A DNA stretch of 64,000 nucleotides from Octopus vulgaris (Eukaryota). Position numbers and translations under genes: made by a program. The notes under the pieces were generated by a model, which did not search any database, had not been told where the DNA came from, and worked only from the letters and a program-made list of their open reading frames with translations. The stretch's first letter is position 1. Every line of letters begins with the position of its first letter. Where the stretch lies: NCBI GenBank assembly GCA_951406725.2, contig OX597827.1:49724001-49788000 (forward strand). Reading direction: 5' to 3'. Positions 12,300-25,544 of this stretch are shown one piece after another.

Positions 12300-13026
12300 A
12301 AACCCATCAAGTAACTTCCTCTAATTCATCACATACAGATTATTAAACTTAATTTCATTTTATCACCCTGTTTTATAAGTATATTTTGAAATTTTCCAGA
12401 TCAGTTTAAAAAAAAATTGAAATAGCAACCTGCTGGGCTAAAAAGGTTCACCATTTAGCTGAATGTTTTATCATTCTCCAGTGTATCTCTCTCTCTCTCT
12501 CTCTCTCCCCCTCTCTCTCCCTTTCCCCCCCTCTCTCTCTCTGAACAGGCAAACAAAGGAAGGGAAAGATTATAACTTTGAGGTAAAGACTTAAAATATG
12601 TAATTTGTGGCTTTAATGTTACATGTGATATTTCGGGGTACTAATTGTGATTTGTCTAGTTTTCCATAAAAATTAACTTTGCATTTTAGTCACAGGTTAT
12701 TGTTGTTCTTTTTATTATTTAATGGGTCTATACTGACTATGCTTTTAAAATTTAAGGACAGAAATTTTTGATGCTTTATCTGTGGCAGAGTAATCCAGGA
12801 TTATAAGTAGAGTTCTCTGCAAATTACCATAAGTGGTCACTCCACTCCTCATTGGAGACCTTCTTTGGTAAAGTGCCATAGAAATTTGTGAGCTTTACTC
12901 AGTTCATATCAGGTGTTAAAAGCTTTTTGCTTTGCAATAACTCATCATGACTGCCTTTGTATTCTGAATTCAATTCCCACTCTATGCACTTTGCTTTTAA
13001 TTTTCTGAGTGATCAATGAATTAAGT

Positions 13027-13335
13027 GTAGAGGGACATGGCCTAGTGGTTAGAGCAACGGACTCGCGGTCGAGGGATCGTGGGTTTGAATCTCAGACCAG
13101 ACAATGTGTATGTTTATGAGTGAAACACCTAAGCTCCATGCGGCTCTGACAGAAGGTAATGGCGAACTTCTGCTGACTCTTTCACCACAACTTTCTCTCA
13201 CTCTTTCCTCCTGCATCTTGCATCTCACCTGTGACGGACTGGCGTCCCATCCAGGTGGGGAACCTATACACCAAGGAAACCGGGGAACTGGCACTTATGA
13301 GCCAGGCGTGGCTCGAGAAGGAACAAACAACAACA
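13027..13335 (+). mobile_element. SINE family C, tail type 2 with a V-SINE-like segment
   Basis: Same head as above. Contains tgtgacggactggcgtcccatccaggtgg. TSD AATGAATTAAGT at 13015-13026 and 13336-13347. Confidence 0.88.
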
Positions 13336-14099
13336 AATGAATTAAGTACTAATCAAATATCGCCTTGACAATTACTAGCTCACAAAATTTGTAGACTGGA
13401 GAATCATGAGAGAGTACTCCCAGGCCAAGTAGAAAGTGGTATATTAGAAAGTGCATTCAGCAGTAAAAGCTGCACCAAAAAGAAAAATACAGACATCGTA
13501 GGGTTGTGAGGGGTCTCTTTAGTTTTGTCATGTCAACAACCTCTTTCTTGCTGGTGGTAGAATAAAATACATCTAGTCTACACTGTCAAGTGGTTGGTGA
13601 TAGAAAGGCATTTTGCTATAAAAAAAAAACACAATCAAAATAACAATATACACAACAAAATAATTGAAGGATTTCTCCATGTTTTTATGTGTGCCAAGTG
13701 ATGAAGGATGGCAGCAGATGGAGATACAGAGCACCATGGGAGTGGTAAGACAAGGGACCGTTGCAAGTAGTGAAACAAAAGGTTTCTATTGGTGATGAGA
13801 CAAAGGATTATAGCAAGTGTTGAAATGTTGTGAAACCCATCTAACCAATACCAGCATGGAAAGACATGAAACAGTGATGTTAATGATATAATTTATAATA
13901 ATGATCTTGGTGTATACAGTACAAAGGTGCACTACAACTAATCAGAAAAAGTAGCTTAAAGTGCATGTACAGTCCATAGAATAGTGTACAGAAAGTGAAC
14001 ATTGAATGAGTTATTAAAATAAAAAGGTAGGGGTGCTGACATCAGGTGTACTGCTGGAAAGATGATAGAATCAACTAAATTGTGAATAAAATGTCTTGA

Positions 14100-14870
14100 A
14101 TTATTTTTAGTTACAGCCCTTTGTATCTGGAGTTCAGATCCTACTAAGGTCAATGTTACCTTTCATCCTTTTAGGGCCAATAAAATAAAGTATCAGTCAA
14201 GTACCATGATCAAGAATATTGACTATTCCCCCTCCATTAAAATTTCTAGCATTGTGCTTAAATCAGAAACAGTTGTTAAAGGCAGCAAGCTGACAGAATT
14301 GTTACAGCTTTGGAAGAAATACTTTGAAGTATTTCTTCCAGTTCTTTACATTCTGAGTTCAAATCATGCCAAGATCAACATTGCCTTTCATCTCTTTCGG
14401 GTCAGTCAAGTAAAAGTCAAGAACTGGAGCACAATGGTATAGAATAACTCACTTCCTTAAAATTGCAGGCTTATGCCAAAATCAGAAAAAGGAGGTGAAA
14501 TGGCATAATTGTTAGAGCATTGGATAAATGATTTGCCAATGTTTCTTCTGACTCTACAATCTGAGTTCAAATCCTACGGAGTCTACTTTCATTTTTTGTG
14601 GTTGATAAAATAAGTACCACAGCTTTAGGGTCAATGTAATTAACCTGCCTTTTCCCCACCAAAATTTGACCTTGTGCCAAAGTATGAAACTAAAAATGGT
14701 GAACTAGCAGAATCATGGCAGCATTTCATTCATCTTTACATTCTAAGTTCAAATTTCACTAAGATTGACTTTGCTTTTCATCTTTTCAAGGTCAATAAAA
14801 TAAGTAGATGTTTAGCACTGGAGTCAATGTGATCAACTTATATCCTCACACAAAATTCAAAACCATTATT
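14100..14870 (+). mobile_element. Cluster of about four old, degenerate SINE family A-related copies
   Basis: Repeated gagttcaaat...ttgcctttcatc...ataaaataagtac motifs. Confidence 0.7.
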
Positions 14871-14944
14871 ATGATGATGATGATCATCATCATAGAAATT
14901 TAGAGCACTGAATTGCTTGAAACAGTGGATCACCAATCTGTCAA

Positions 14945-15331
14945 CTCTTTTACTCTTTTACTTGTTTCAGTCATTTGACTGTGGCCATGCTGGAGCACCA
15001 CCTTGTAGTCGAGCAAATCGACCCCAGGACTTATTCTTTGTAAGCCTAGTACTTATTCTATTGGTCTCTTTTGCTGAACCGCTAAGTTATGGGGACGTAA
15101 ACACACCAGCATCAGTTGTCAAGTGATGTTGGGGGGACAAACACAGACACACAAACACATACACTCACACATATATATATATACATATATACAATGGGCT
15201 TCTTTCAGTTTTCGTCTACCAAATCCACTCACAAAGCTTTGGTTGGCCTGAGGCTATAGTAGAAGACACTTGCCCAAGGTGCCACGCAGTGGGACTGAAC
15301 CCGGAACCATGTGGTTGGTAAGCAAGCTACT
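14945..15331 (-). mobile_element. tRNA-derived SINE family B with internal (TA/TG)n and (GTAAAAGA)n tail
   Basis: Matches the 26666 and 30480 copies; the 5' few bases are missing. Confidence 0.88.
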
Positions 15332-15960
15332 CCAACTGTTGACATTTTGTGATCTAATTTCACAGATTTAACTAGAATGTTATACCAGAGGTCTTTTAAA
15401 GAAAGAATGGAATACATCCTGTTTCTGATGTATCTCTAGTATGATTATCAAGAGAATTTCTTTCTAGAGATAGCACTATATATAGTTTTTATTGTATTGT
15501 TAAGTCTTATTGGAAAATAATGCCTTGTGATCATTTCAGGAGCATCAGCAACTGCTCCAAACGTGAAAGTCTTTGTAGAGAGTCAACAACTGATAAGAAC
15601 TAAAGTATTTTTGGTCCTTGAAGCAGAATGCTAGTTTTGGGGATAAAATATTAACTAAATTGTGGTCATCAGGGAAGACCATCAGAGATGGTGAGGCTGA
15701 ATTTTTGTAGAAATGTTTGAATGTTTTAGTGGTGTGTTGTTCAAGACTTGACAGAGCAAAGAACACAATTCCTTCCTTGACATGAACAGTGGTTTTGAGT
15801 TCTTGTGCTGTTGAAAGAAATAAGATTATCATGTACCAGTTAAAATATATGTACCGATGAATAAGCAGCATATTTGTTAAATTAAGTAATCTTTCTACTA
15901 AGAAATACTTATCTATGCATATTTGACATGATGCTTACTATTTTTTTCTAATATTCTCAG

Positions 15961-16133
15961 CTTCTCTCCATGGTAACAAATTAGTTGCTTATACATTGAT
16001 CCACAATAAAGCCGATATTGATCTCAGGGACATAAATGGAAAGACCTGCTTAATGATTGCTGTCGTCAATGGCTATCTACCACTTGTGGAACTGCTCTTG
16101 GAGAACAATGCTAATATTACAATATACAATACA
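15961..16133 (+). CDS. FANK1: FANK1-like ankyrin exon
   Basis: ttctcag acceptor and gttagt donor. Reads ASLHGNKLVAYTLIHNKADIDLRDINGKTCLMIAVVNGYLPLVELLLENNANITIYNT. Confidence 0.92.
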
Positions 16134-16676
16134 GTTAGTAGATTGCCATTCTATTTGTTTTTCATGTAAGGTCATAATTATTGTTGTTGCTATTTAGTGA
16201 TGCAAAGTATTCCAGCTTATCCAGTCCAGCATTTTGTATGTCAGGGGCTAGCAGCTCAACTAACAATATAGAATCTCTCTCACATATTAGTCAATATTAT
16301 TGCTGTACTAAAGAATTGTAGGAAATGGAACTTAAGATTAAATATGCACATTACATCATCTAATTGTTTTTTAATTTTCTAGGCCTAATCATAAGAAATT
16401 TTTTATTAATTTCCTCTTCTACTATCTTACAACCATTTTCCTGCCCATGGTCCCATTTGTGGGTATGATTCCTATTGGAACAATTTTCACAGCTAATGCT
16501 ACTCATACTATTAACCACTCAACTGAGAAGTAGACGTGAGAATTGCTTTCTCTTTTTGTTCAGTCAGGAAACCTTATGCTAGGAGAGTTATGTACCTTGC
16601 TCAAAAGCATAACACTAAGGCTACACTAATTTTCATTTGAACGATTATCATGTGGTATAGCTTACATTTATTATAT

Positions 16677-16677
<1 letters not shown>

Positions 16678-16721
<44 letters not shown>

Positions 16722-16800
16722 TTGATAACGGGTTGTCTCTTGGGATCTCTGGGTGAGATTTGGAGTCAACTTGTACAAATACAAAGGAAAAGTCAAACAT

Positions 16801-16839
<39 letters not shown>

Positions 16840-17426
16840 GCCCCGATGCAGTACCAGACACTCGCTCTCATGGCTTCTGATCTTAATTGATTGGTAGTTT
16901 TTGTACATGTACATGTTTTGTCTTGGTATAAAAGATGGGCTGCAACAAATATTCTGCTCAGTACCACAGATTTGCTTGTCAGTTATTTGACCTTAACCAG
17001 TTGAGTGTGTCCCTTAGTGGCTGATGATATGTGTATCTCTGATCATGTGCAAGAGTAGTGGGAGAGCATCAAAGCCATGTGTTGAGAGGAATTCTTTGGG
17101 GTTTGAATAATTCATCTCTGGAAACATGGGTGTTTTGTTCAACATCCTTAAACAACCTTTATTCAGGGACCTTTTGAGCAGGATGGGCTACTTGACCTGA
17201 AGAAAATTCTAACTGAGCCCCCACCTGCAAGGTCATGCACTGTTTATCTTGATATGAGATCACCATGTTGCGCGCATATGATTGTGATGCATGTGCCTAG
17301 TGTACCCTTATCAGACAAGTAGTCATGATGGGTATACTGGGCTTCGTATATTTGTACCCCAGTGTCTCTTTGATGGCATGCACTGCTCTCTCTCACTCAA
17401 TAATAATAATAATAATAATAATAATA
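16678..17426. mobile_element. Two repeat-like fragments inserted into (TAA)n arrays
   Basis: Unique-looking blocks 16722-16801 and 16838-17398 are each flanked on both sides by TAA runs. Family not identified. Confidence 0.5.
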
Positions 17427-17954
17427 CTGAGAATTACTTACATAGACACAGGGAGTTCAGGTAGTTGCATTTCAACAAACCCTAGTATATGACTGGTTCT
17501 TTATTTTATTGATCCCAAAAGGAAGAAAAGCTAAGTCAACTCTGGTAGGATTTGAACTCAGAATGTAAAATAATATTAACTAAATACCTGCAGTAGTGAG
17601 GGTGTCAGCTGTGGTAATTAAGAGACTGTCACAATTTTAAAATATATACTGAATTATAGAAAACTCAGTATAAGTGATAGGCATGGTTATGTGCATGTGT
17701 ATTGCTGAGTTATCTTTTACACATATCACTGTAAACAGCCTTCCATTGTCGATGAATTTTCTTATACTTAATGATGATGCACATTATCTGTGGCAGGTGG
17801 AGACAAACTGACTATCCACACCACTGATTACCATATGGCATTTTTGTCTGGTGTTTTGATACTCATTTGCTCATTAATAATACTGATTTGAACCAATAAA
17901 TTTATAAATTGTTGCTGCTATTATTATTGTTGTAGCTGCTGCTGCTGTTGCTGC

Positions 17955-18330
17955 TGTTGAGCAAAACGGTCTTCGTCCCAGAGCTCACAAGATGGGAGAA
18001 GTCCCAAAACATGGTCCTTTGCTATTCGTAAGACCCGCAGAAGAGAAAGCAGGTCAACCCCCCGACACCGAGAGCATCGATGGATGGATGAATGCACATC
18101 CAGGCTCAGCGGTTGCATAGGAAGTCGGGGACAAGAAACAGGAAGAAAGAGTGAGAGAAAGTTGGAGCGAAAGAGTACAACAAGGGTCACCACCACCCCC
18201 TGCCGGGAGCCTCGTGGAGCTTAAGGTGTTTTCGCTCAATAAACACACACAATGCTCGGTCTGAGAATCGAAACCACGATCCTCCGACCGTGAGTCCACT
18301 GCCCTAACCATTGGGCCATTGCGCGTCCAC
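17955..18330 (-). mobile_element. SINE family C, tail type 3
   Basis: Same head and body. The tail (ctgagcctggatgtgc...gacgaagaccg) is shared with the copy at about 25170-25540 (-). Confidence 0.88.
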
Positions 18331-18720
18331 TGTTGTTGCTGCTGCAGCTATTGTCATTGTTGTCAATTAGTGTAATGGAATGGTAGACTTAATACCTTCA
18401 GGGATTTCCCTATGTCCCTTTATTTTCTAACTTCAAATAAACTCAGTGTCAAGACTACTGTTATTCAATCCCAGGCCTATAAAATCAGTGGTAGTCAAAT
18501 ACTGAAGTTGGTTTGTTGACTGCTCCATCTCCTGAAATTTGTGGCCTTGTGCCTATGGTAAAAATCATTATTATCATTATTACTATTATAGAAGGGTTGA
18601 TTCAACTGACACAATACCCATTCTGCTACTAAAGATGGCCTTATCATTTAGAAAAAAATCAATATTATATATGAACAACTGTTATCTCTTGTATTGCATT
18701 TTTTTCCCTATCTTTTTCAG

Positions 18721-18765
18721 AGCGGCCGTACTGCATTTGAAATAGCTGTTTCCCTTGAAAGAAGA
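18721..18765 (+). CDS. FANK1: FANK1-like small exon
   Basis: tttttcag acceptor and gtgagt donor. Reads SGRTAFEIAVSLERR, resembling FGKGVLEMARVFDRQ. Phase 0 at both ends. Confidence 0.85.
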
Positions 18766-19257
18766 GTGAGTAGATACAACATTGAAATTAAATTTTACTG
18801 GTGGATTGGATCATAATTGTCATGGTTCTTCTCAACTCTTTCAAATCTAACTCTGGGAAAGCACAGCTGCTGCACATACACTGATTACCAAATATTCACT
18901 CAGCCAATATTCTGTTACCTCTAGCATGCTGAGGTACTCTATCCTCTCACTCTCTCTACATATATCTATGCTCTGTCCCTCTGTCTTTTCTACTGAAGTT
19001 ACAGTGATTTCTACCTCCCTAAAATAGCAAGATATGTACAACCTTCCCTTCATACGTCCTCATTCTGTTACTCTTAACACAACCTTAAATGTCCTACTCA
19101 GATTTATAACCTTTTGAACCCACATTTCCCCCTACAAACATCACCACACTGATTTAATCTACATCAGGAGGGCTGTTAAAGACCATGATTACTGTCTTTC
19201 TTCCTTAGAGTTCTTCTTCATCATCATCATCATCATCATCATGATAATAATAATAAT

Positions 19258-19322
<65 letters not shown>

Positions 19323-19324
<2 letters not shown>

Positions 19325-19637
19325 TCTTTTATTAGCTACAAGGGCTCACATACAATAACATTAAATGACATGACACAGACATTAAAGACAACCTAACAAG
19401 ACAAAGGGTTTTACAGCATGTAAACAATACATTACTCTTTTACTTGTTTCAGTCATTTGACTGTGGCCATGCTGGAGCACCGCCATTAGTCGAGCAAATT
19501 GACCTCAGGACTTATTCCTTGTAAGCTTAGTACTTATTCTATTGGTCTCTTTTGCCGAACTGCTAGGCTACGGGGACGTAAACACACCAGCATCAGTTGT
19601 CAAGCGATGTTGGTGGGGGACAAGCACAGACACACAA

Positions 19638-19671
<34 letters not shown>

Positions 19672-22600
19672 GCGACGGGCTTCTTTCAGTTTCTGTCTAC
19701 CAAATCCACTCACAAAGCTTTGGTCAGCCCGAGGCTATAGTAGAAGACACTTGCCCAAGGTGCCACACAGTAGGACTGAACCCGGAACCATGTGGTTGGT
19801 AAGCAAGCTACTTACCACACAGCCACTCCTACACCTATATATTACAATAAAAAATGAAACAAATTAAAACTCCTAATAGGGGAGGTGCTTTAAGGTACTC
19901 ATGGAAAAATCCACAAAAGTCACGGGTGTTTGATCAACAGGGCAAGAGCCCTTCACCTTTAATTTTTTACAGGTGTATGCTCAGAAGTGGTCCTTTCACA
20001 TTGGCCATTCTACCAACATTCACCCACCTTTAACAAACTTGCTAGAAGGTAACACTTCCCTCTCCACCCTCAACTTCCTTTTCAAGTGAAACTTGAAAAA
20101 GTCGTTGAGGGCTTGGCCAAAGAGGAAAGTGTCTGTCTTTAGCCCTTTCAAACAGGTCTGCCATACTACCTCTTTCACTACAGCCACTAGACAAATAAAA
20201 AATTGCCTGCCCCTCTCGGCTAAAAGAAGGCATTGGAGCAATCTTCACAATGGATTCAGCTGATAGTTGGATCCATCCTATATGTGACAGCAGGTGGTTG
20301 ACATAAACCCACAGTTTAGCAATATTCGGACACTGGACGATGGCATGTAGAACAGTTTCATCATTCTACATACACCTCAGGCAAGCCTGGCTGATGGCAT
20401 TTCCATGCCTGTACAGTTTATCTCAAACACACAGCGCTCCTTTGTAGCACTGCCAGGCAAGGGATTTCTGGAAGTTATCCATATGCTTAGACCTGAAATT
20501 TCTTTGAAACAGACCGGTTAGTTGATCTTCATCAACACCCAGAGTTTCCCCAAGAATGTTGACACACTTTCCCTCCACTAGCCCTCTGTAGAAAGCTAGA
20601 GTGGAACTACTACCAATGACATTGCACACCTGGCAGAGAGCTGTGAGCGCTTGACAGCACTCACGGTACCAAGTGCCCCTCCTCGGTCTACGCCTAATCC
20701 AGGTTTGCAGCTCAGTCAAAGAGACAAGCTGTAGAAAAGTGTGCCTGACAAACGGTGACCACACCTGCTTACCATCTAGGAAATGCTGTAGCCTGAGTGT
20801 ATATCTGTGCATCAGCAACTACGACATGCCCATCCCTTCATTCAGCGGCTGTTGACAGCAGATGGAGCACCTAACCAGTGGAACATTCCCCTTCCACAGA
20901 AAGTGGAAGAGTAAACACACCAGCTTGGTCAACCAGCAACAGGGCAAGTGATGACGGTCAAGCGATAATAGATAATGGATATGATGTATGCATTCGCCAC
21001 CTTGGTTTGACCTTTCAGCGACAGCGTCCTCTCAGCTCATTTCTGGGTGAGATTGGGTACCCTGCTCATCACTTTGTTCCAGTTTTTCTCCACCTGGAGG
21101 TCTGGACCAAAGCAGACTCTGAGCAATTTAACTGGACCATCTGTCCAGTGCGCCATGATGCTGTTGGACAGCATGGACTTGCCTCAAGTGCCGAGTTGCA
21201 AGCCCACTGACATTTTCACATTAATTTTTGCTCCTATTACCACTTCATATTCTTGTAGTGTGTCGTCAATCAGGTTTATATGCCTGTGGTTCAGCACTAT
21301 GATGGTGACATCGTCAGCGTAAGCAGACACACACTCTCACATCCTAGATCATGCGGACACCCTTCAAAGTCTCTGCCCCCTTCAGTAACAGCTCAAAAGT
21401 CAGTACATACAGAAGGGAGGAGAGAGGGCACCCTTGACAGACCAAATGCAAGATGCTGAATGATTCTGACAGGTGACCATTCACCCAAACAACCAAGTAG
21501 ATGTTGCTGTACAAAGCAGCGATCCAACCGTGGAAAACTAGACCAAAACCGGCTACCCTGAGGACAGTTGCCAAGTCTTGATGGTTGACCCTAACAAAGG
21601 CTTTAGACTGATCTAAATTGATTAGAGCCCCACCCATGCCAGCTACATTACCCTACCTCTCTATGATGTAGCGCATAAGACGGAGGTTGTCATGAATAGT
21701 CCTGGCTGTGATGGTGCATGTTTGCACCTTGCTAAACAGCTTGTCCACAACAAGCACCAACCTCTTGGCTAACACCTTGAACAAAATCTTCAACTCTGCA
21801 TTGAGCAGAGTGATGGGCTTGAAATTTTCTATAATGTTCCCCTTGTTTGGGTCCTTTCTCAGCAGTGCCACTGCACCCTGACATACAAAAATGGAAATTT
21901 TCCTATTCTGCTGCTAGTTGCAAGAGACATCTGCTAAGAGTCCTGCAAACAAGTCCAGCATCGAAATATAAAGCTCGTAGGGCAGACCATCCAAACCCGC
22001 GATCTGCCTTGTGGATTCATATAAAAAAGATTGGAGGTAGTACAGGATAATACAATACATATAGAGTAGAACTGAATCGTGTAAGAAAAGGGATAACAAT
22101 TATAACTAGTAAATCCCCAAAAAAGAGAGACTTCCAAGGGCTGCTTGTGGAAACCCCACAAAAACCATGATCACCCTGACCTCTAGAGCAAGTGCCTTCA
22201 CCACTTCATCTACTTTCTCTAGAGGTACAATGCTTAGAGCAGGCTCATACATTTGGCCATTTGCACTACGTTCACCCACCTTTTAGCAAAATTGTTGGGA
22301 GGCAGCACTTCTCTCTCTATCTTTACTTCCCTTTTCAAGGGAAAATTGAAAAAGTGGGCTTGGCCAAAGAGGAAAGTGTCTATCTTTAGCCCTTTCAACC
22401 TGGTCCACCATACAACCATTTTCACTAAGGCCATCAGACAAAGAAACACTGCCTGTCCTTCCTGGCCAAAGGAATATGGCAGGGAGATCTTTATGATGGA
22501 CTCAGCTGATAACCAGATCCATCCCACATGCAACAGTAGGTGCTCAGCATAAACCCACAAGTCAGCAATGCTTGGGCACTGGATGAGAGCATGCAGAACA

Positions 22601-23750
22601 ATTATGTTGCGTTGTGCAAACTTTGGGCAAGCCCAGCTAATGGCACTTCCATGCCTGTAAAGTTTATCCAAAACTGAAAATGTCTCCTGGAAGTTATCCA
22701 CTGGCCCTGGTCCAAAAGCCCTCTGGAACAGATCAGCTAACTCATTCTCATCAATGCCCAGTCTCCCTAAGAACATCATCACACTTGCCCGCTACTAATT
22801 CTCTTCGAGTGGAATTTCTATTGATTGCATTGCCCAACTGAAAGAGGACTGTGAGTACCTGGCAACATTCTAGGTGTCAATGTAGGTCATTTCTCAGTAG
22901 TAGATACCTGCTAAAAGGCCACCAAACAAGTCTAGCACATAGAAGTAAAACTCATAGGCCAGACCATCCTAACCAGGAGATTTGCCACCTGTGCAATTCA
23001 TTATGGCATCCCTTATTTTCACAACTATTATCGGCATTTCACAATACTCCACTCACCTTTCTGAGAGTCGTAGCATGCCATCAAGGTAAGCATTGAAGTC
23101 CATCCTGCATTCTGGACTGCCATTCATCCCAAACAGTTGGGTAAAATGCTGCTGAAATGCCACACGTGTCTGCTCAGACTCAGGTATCGTGCACCTACTT
23201 TGGTCCATCAAAAGCTGAATTGTGGTTTTGTTGCTACATTGCAACTCTTCCATTTTATTCTTCTGCCATTCAGGCCCATTGTGCGACTTTCATTCCCTCT
23301 TGTCTTAGAGTCACCCACTAACACTAAACGTCATGGCATTCCTAGGAAAACCTCCAGATATCTGAAGAAATCCTACTGCCCTGCTCCTGACAAGCATAAA
23401 CAGCCACCAATCTGAGGACACTTTCATCACTACTGTTCACATCCAGGACCATCAGCCTTCAGGGTCCAGGAAGATAGTCTTTATCTTGAGATTCAGACCC
23501 TTCCAGAACAACCCCTTCATTCCACTTCCCATTCTTGTTTGACATGGAAATAGATATATCTCATATCCACTGAAAATGGGTATGAAAGCTTGTTGGTCAG
23601 AGAGTCTGGTTTCACTGACAGTCACTGCATCAACACTTAGAGACCTGAGGTCATTGTTTCCAAGGTGACCCCAGGCCACATGCATTTATACTGCCTACTC
23701 TGAGCAAGGTCATATTAGATCAAGGTATAGAAGTGGAAAAGGCTACTTGC
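19323..23750 (-). mobile_element. Decayed L1/Tx1-clade retrotransposon ORF2, antisense in the last FANK1 intron, with a second 5'-truncated copy nested at about 22021-23050
   Basis: APE motif VTVSETRL (23452 ORF). RT motifs GLDGLPYELY, NFKPITLLNAELKIL, LDQSKAF, QGCPLS and YADDVT. The C-terminal Cys/His region appears twice (about 20000-20450 and 22234-22782). Many stops and frameshifts. Confidence 0.88.
19433..19835 (-). mobile_element. SINE family B inserted in the 3' UTR of the Tx1-like element
   Basis: Full-length match to family B. Confidence 0.9.
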
Positions 23751-24066
23751 AGTAATTTAGTTGGTGAGGAGGGGATGGAACATCCATCCCCATAGGTACG
23801 TGTGGGTGTTTCCACGAGTAGTTTTTTTTTTTTATATATTCTTTGTTTGTCTCTCTGAAAAGCCCCCTTCTCCTTCAGGAAACTTTGTTTTGCTGGTGTT
23901 GTATGTGTGTTGCAATGTTTATATGACTTTAATAAGTGTTGGTGTGTTGTTTCTTGGTGTGATGAAGTCAGTGTGTATAATGTCTGTACGTTTGTGTACG
24001 TGATCCATTAGCTTTTTGTTGTTAACGTCTTTTGTTGGTGTTGAGATGTGCGATCTGAAAGCTTTA

Positions 24067-24297
24067 AGGCGGTGAGCTGGCAGAAACGTTAGCACGCGGG
24101 GCGAAATGCGTAGCCGTATTTCGTCTGCCGTTACGTTCTGAGTTCAAATTCCGCCGAGGTCGACTTTGCCTTTCATCCTTTCGGGGTCGATAAATAAAGT
24201 ACCAGTTACGCACTGGGGTCGATGTAATCGACTTAATCCCTTTGTCTGTCTTTGTTTGTCCCCTCTATGTTTAGCCCCTTGTGGGCAGTAAAGAAAT
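24067..24297 (+). mobile_element. SINE family A, near-consensus full monomer
   Basis: aggcggtgagctggcagaaacgttagc head, gagttcaaattcc B box, central domain and tail all present. Confidence 0.9.
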
Positions 24298-24638
24298 ATT
24301 TATGTGTGAATTGAGTTGTGCTTGTGATAGTGGTGGTGGAAGCAGTGGGAATGATGTTGACAGTGCTGGTGTGGCTGCTGCTGGGGGAGGTATTTGAGAA
24401 TTTGTTTTGATGGTGTCTCCAGTCTCAGGTCATACCCGCCAGTTTTTCGTATTGATGTTGGTGTTGGTGTCAATTTGTTTCTTTTTCTTTCGTTTGATCT
24501 ATGAACCTTTTGCCAATTAGGATCTTCCTGCTCCCCCACACCGCAGGAATGTCTGATTGCTCTGACCATGGGAGGAGGGTCTATTTTGCAGTTTTTTTTG
24601 TGATTCTTCTGTTGATAATGTTGTTGTTGTCTTGGGAT

Positions 24639-25006
24639 GTGGAGGCGCAATGGCCAGTGGTTAGGGCAGCGGACTCGCGGTTTCGATTTCCAGACCGGGC
24701 GTTGTGAGTGTTTATTGAGCTAAAACACCTAAAGCTCCACGAGGCTCCGGTAGGGATGGTGGTGATCCCTGCTGTACTCTTTCATCACAACTTTCTCTCA
24801 CTCTTTCTTCCTGTTTCTGTTGTACCTGTATTTCAAAGGGCCGGCCTTGTCACTCTCTGTGTCACGCTGAATATCCCCGAGAACTACGTTAAGGGTACAC
24901 GTGTCTGTGGAGTGCTCAGCCACTTACACGTTAATTTCACGAGCAGGCTGTTCCGTTGATCAGATCAACCGGAACCCTCGTCGTCGTAACCGACAGAGTG
25001 CTTCCA
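24639..25006 (+). mobile_element. SINE family C, tail type 1
   Basis: 14-bp TSD TGTTGTCTTGGGAT at 24625-24638 and 25007-25020. Matches the 11922 copy. Confidence 0.9.
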
Positions 25007-25169
25007 TGTTGTCTTGGGATTTCTGATGCTATCAATATTGGTGGGTTCTTTGTTGCATTTCAAGCTGTGGCTCCCACTGCTCTTGTTGTGTCGGTGCTTC
25101 TATGATTTCAGTAACTATTGTTACTTTTGCTTTTTTGCAGCTCTAGTAGTCACCTGCTTTTGCTGGTGC

Positions 25170-25540
25170 TGTTTGTTTGTTTGTTGGGATGAAGCGGTCT
25201 TCATCCTATTAGTGGGAGAAGTCCGAAACATGGTCCTTTGCTTTTCTTAAGACCCGTAGAAGAGAAAGCAGGTCAACCCCTGACACTGAGAGCATCGACA
25301 GATGGATGAATGCGCACCTAGGCTCAGCAGTTGTGTAGGAAGTCGGGGACTAGGAACAGGAAGAAAGAGTGAGAGAAAGTTGGAGCAAAAGAGTACAACA
25401 GGGGTTGCCACCACCCCTGCCAGAGCCTCGTGGAGCTTTAGGTGTTTTCGCTCAATAAACACACACAATGCCCTGGGAATCGAAACTGCGATCCTCTGAC
25501 TGCGAGTCCGCTGCCCTAACCTTTGGGCCATTGCACCACC
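25170..25540 (-). mobile_element. SINE family C, tail type 3
   Basis: Matches 17955-18330. Confidence 0.87.
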
Positions 25541-25544
25541 ACTG

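Noticed and set aside
24067-24160. tRNA-like sequences with A and B boxes here and at other SINE heads
   Set aside because: No complete cloverleaf, and each continues into a SINE body, so these are not tRNA genes.
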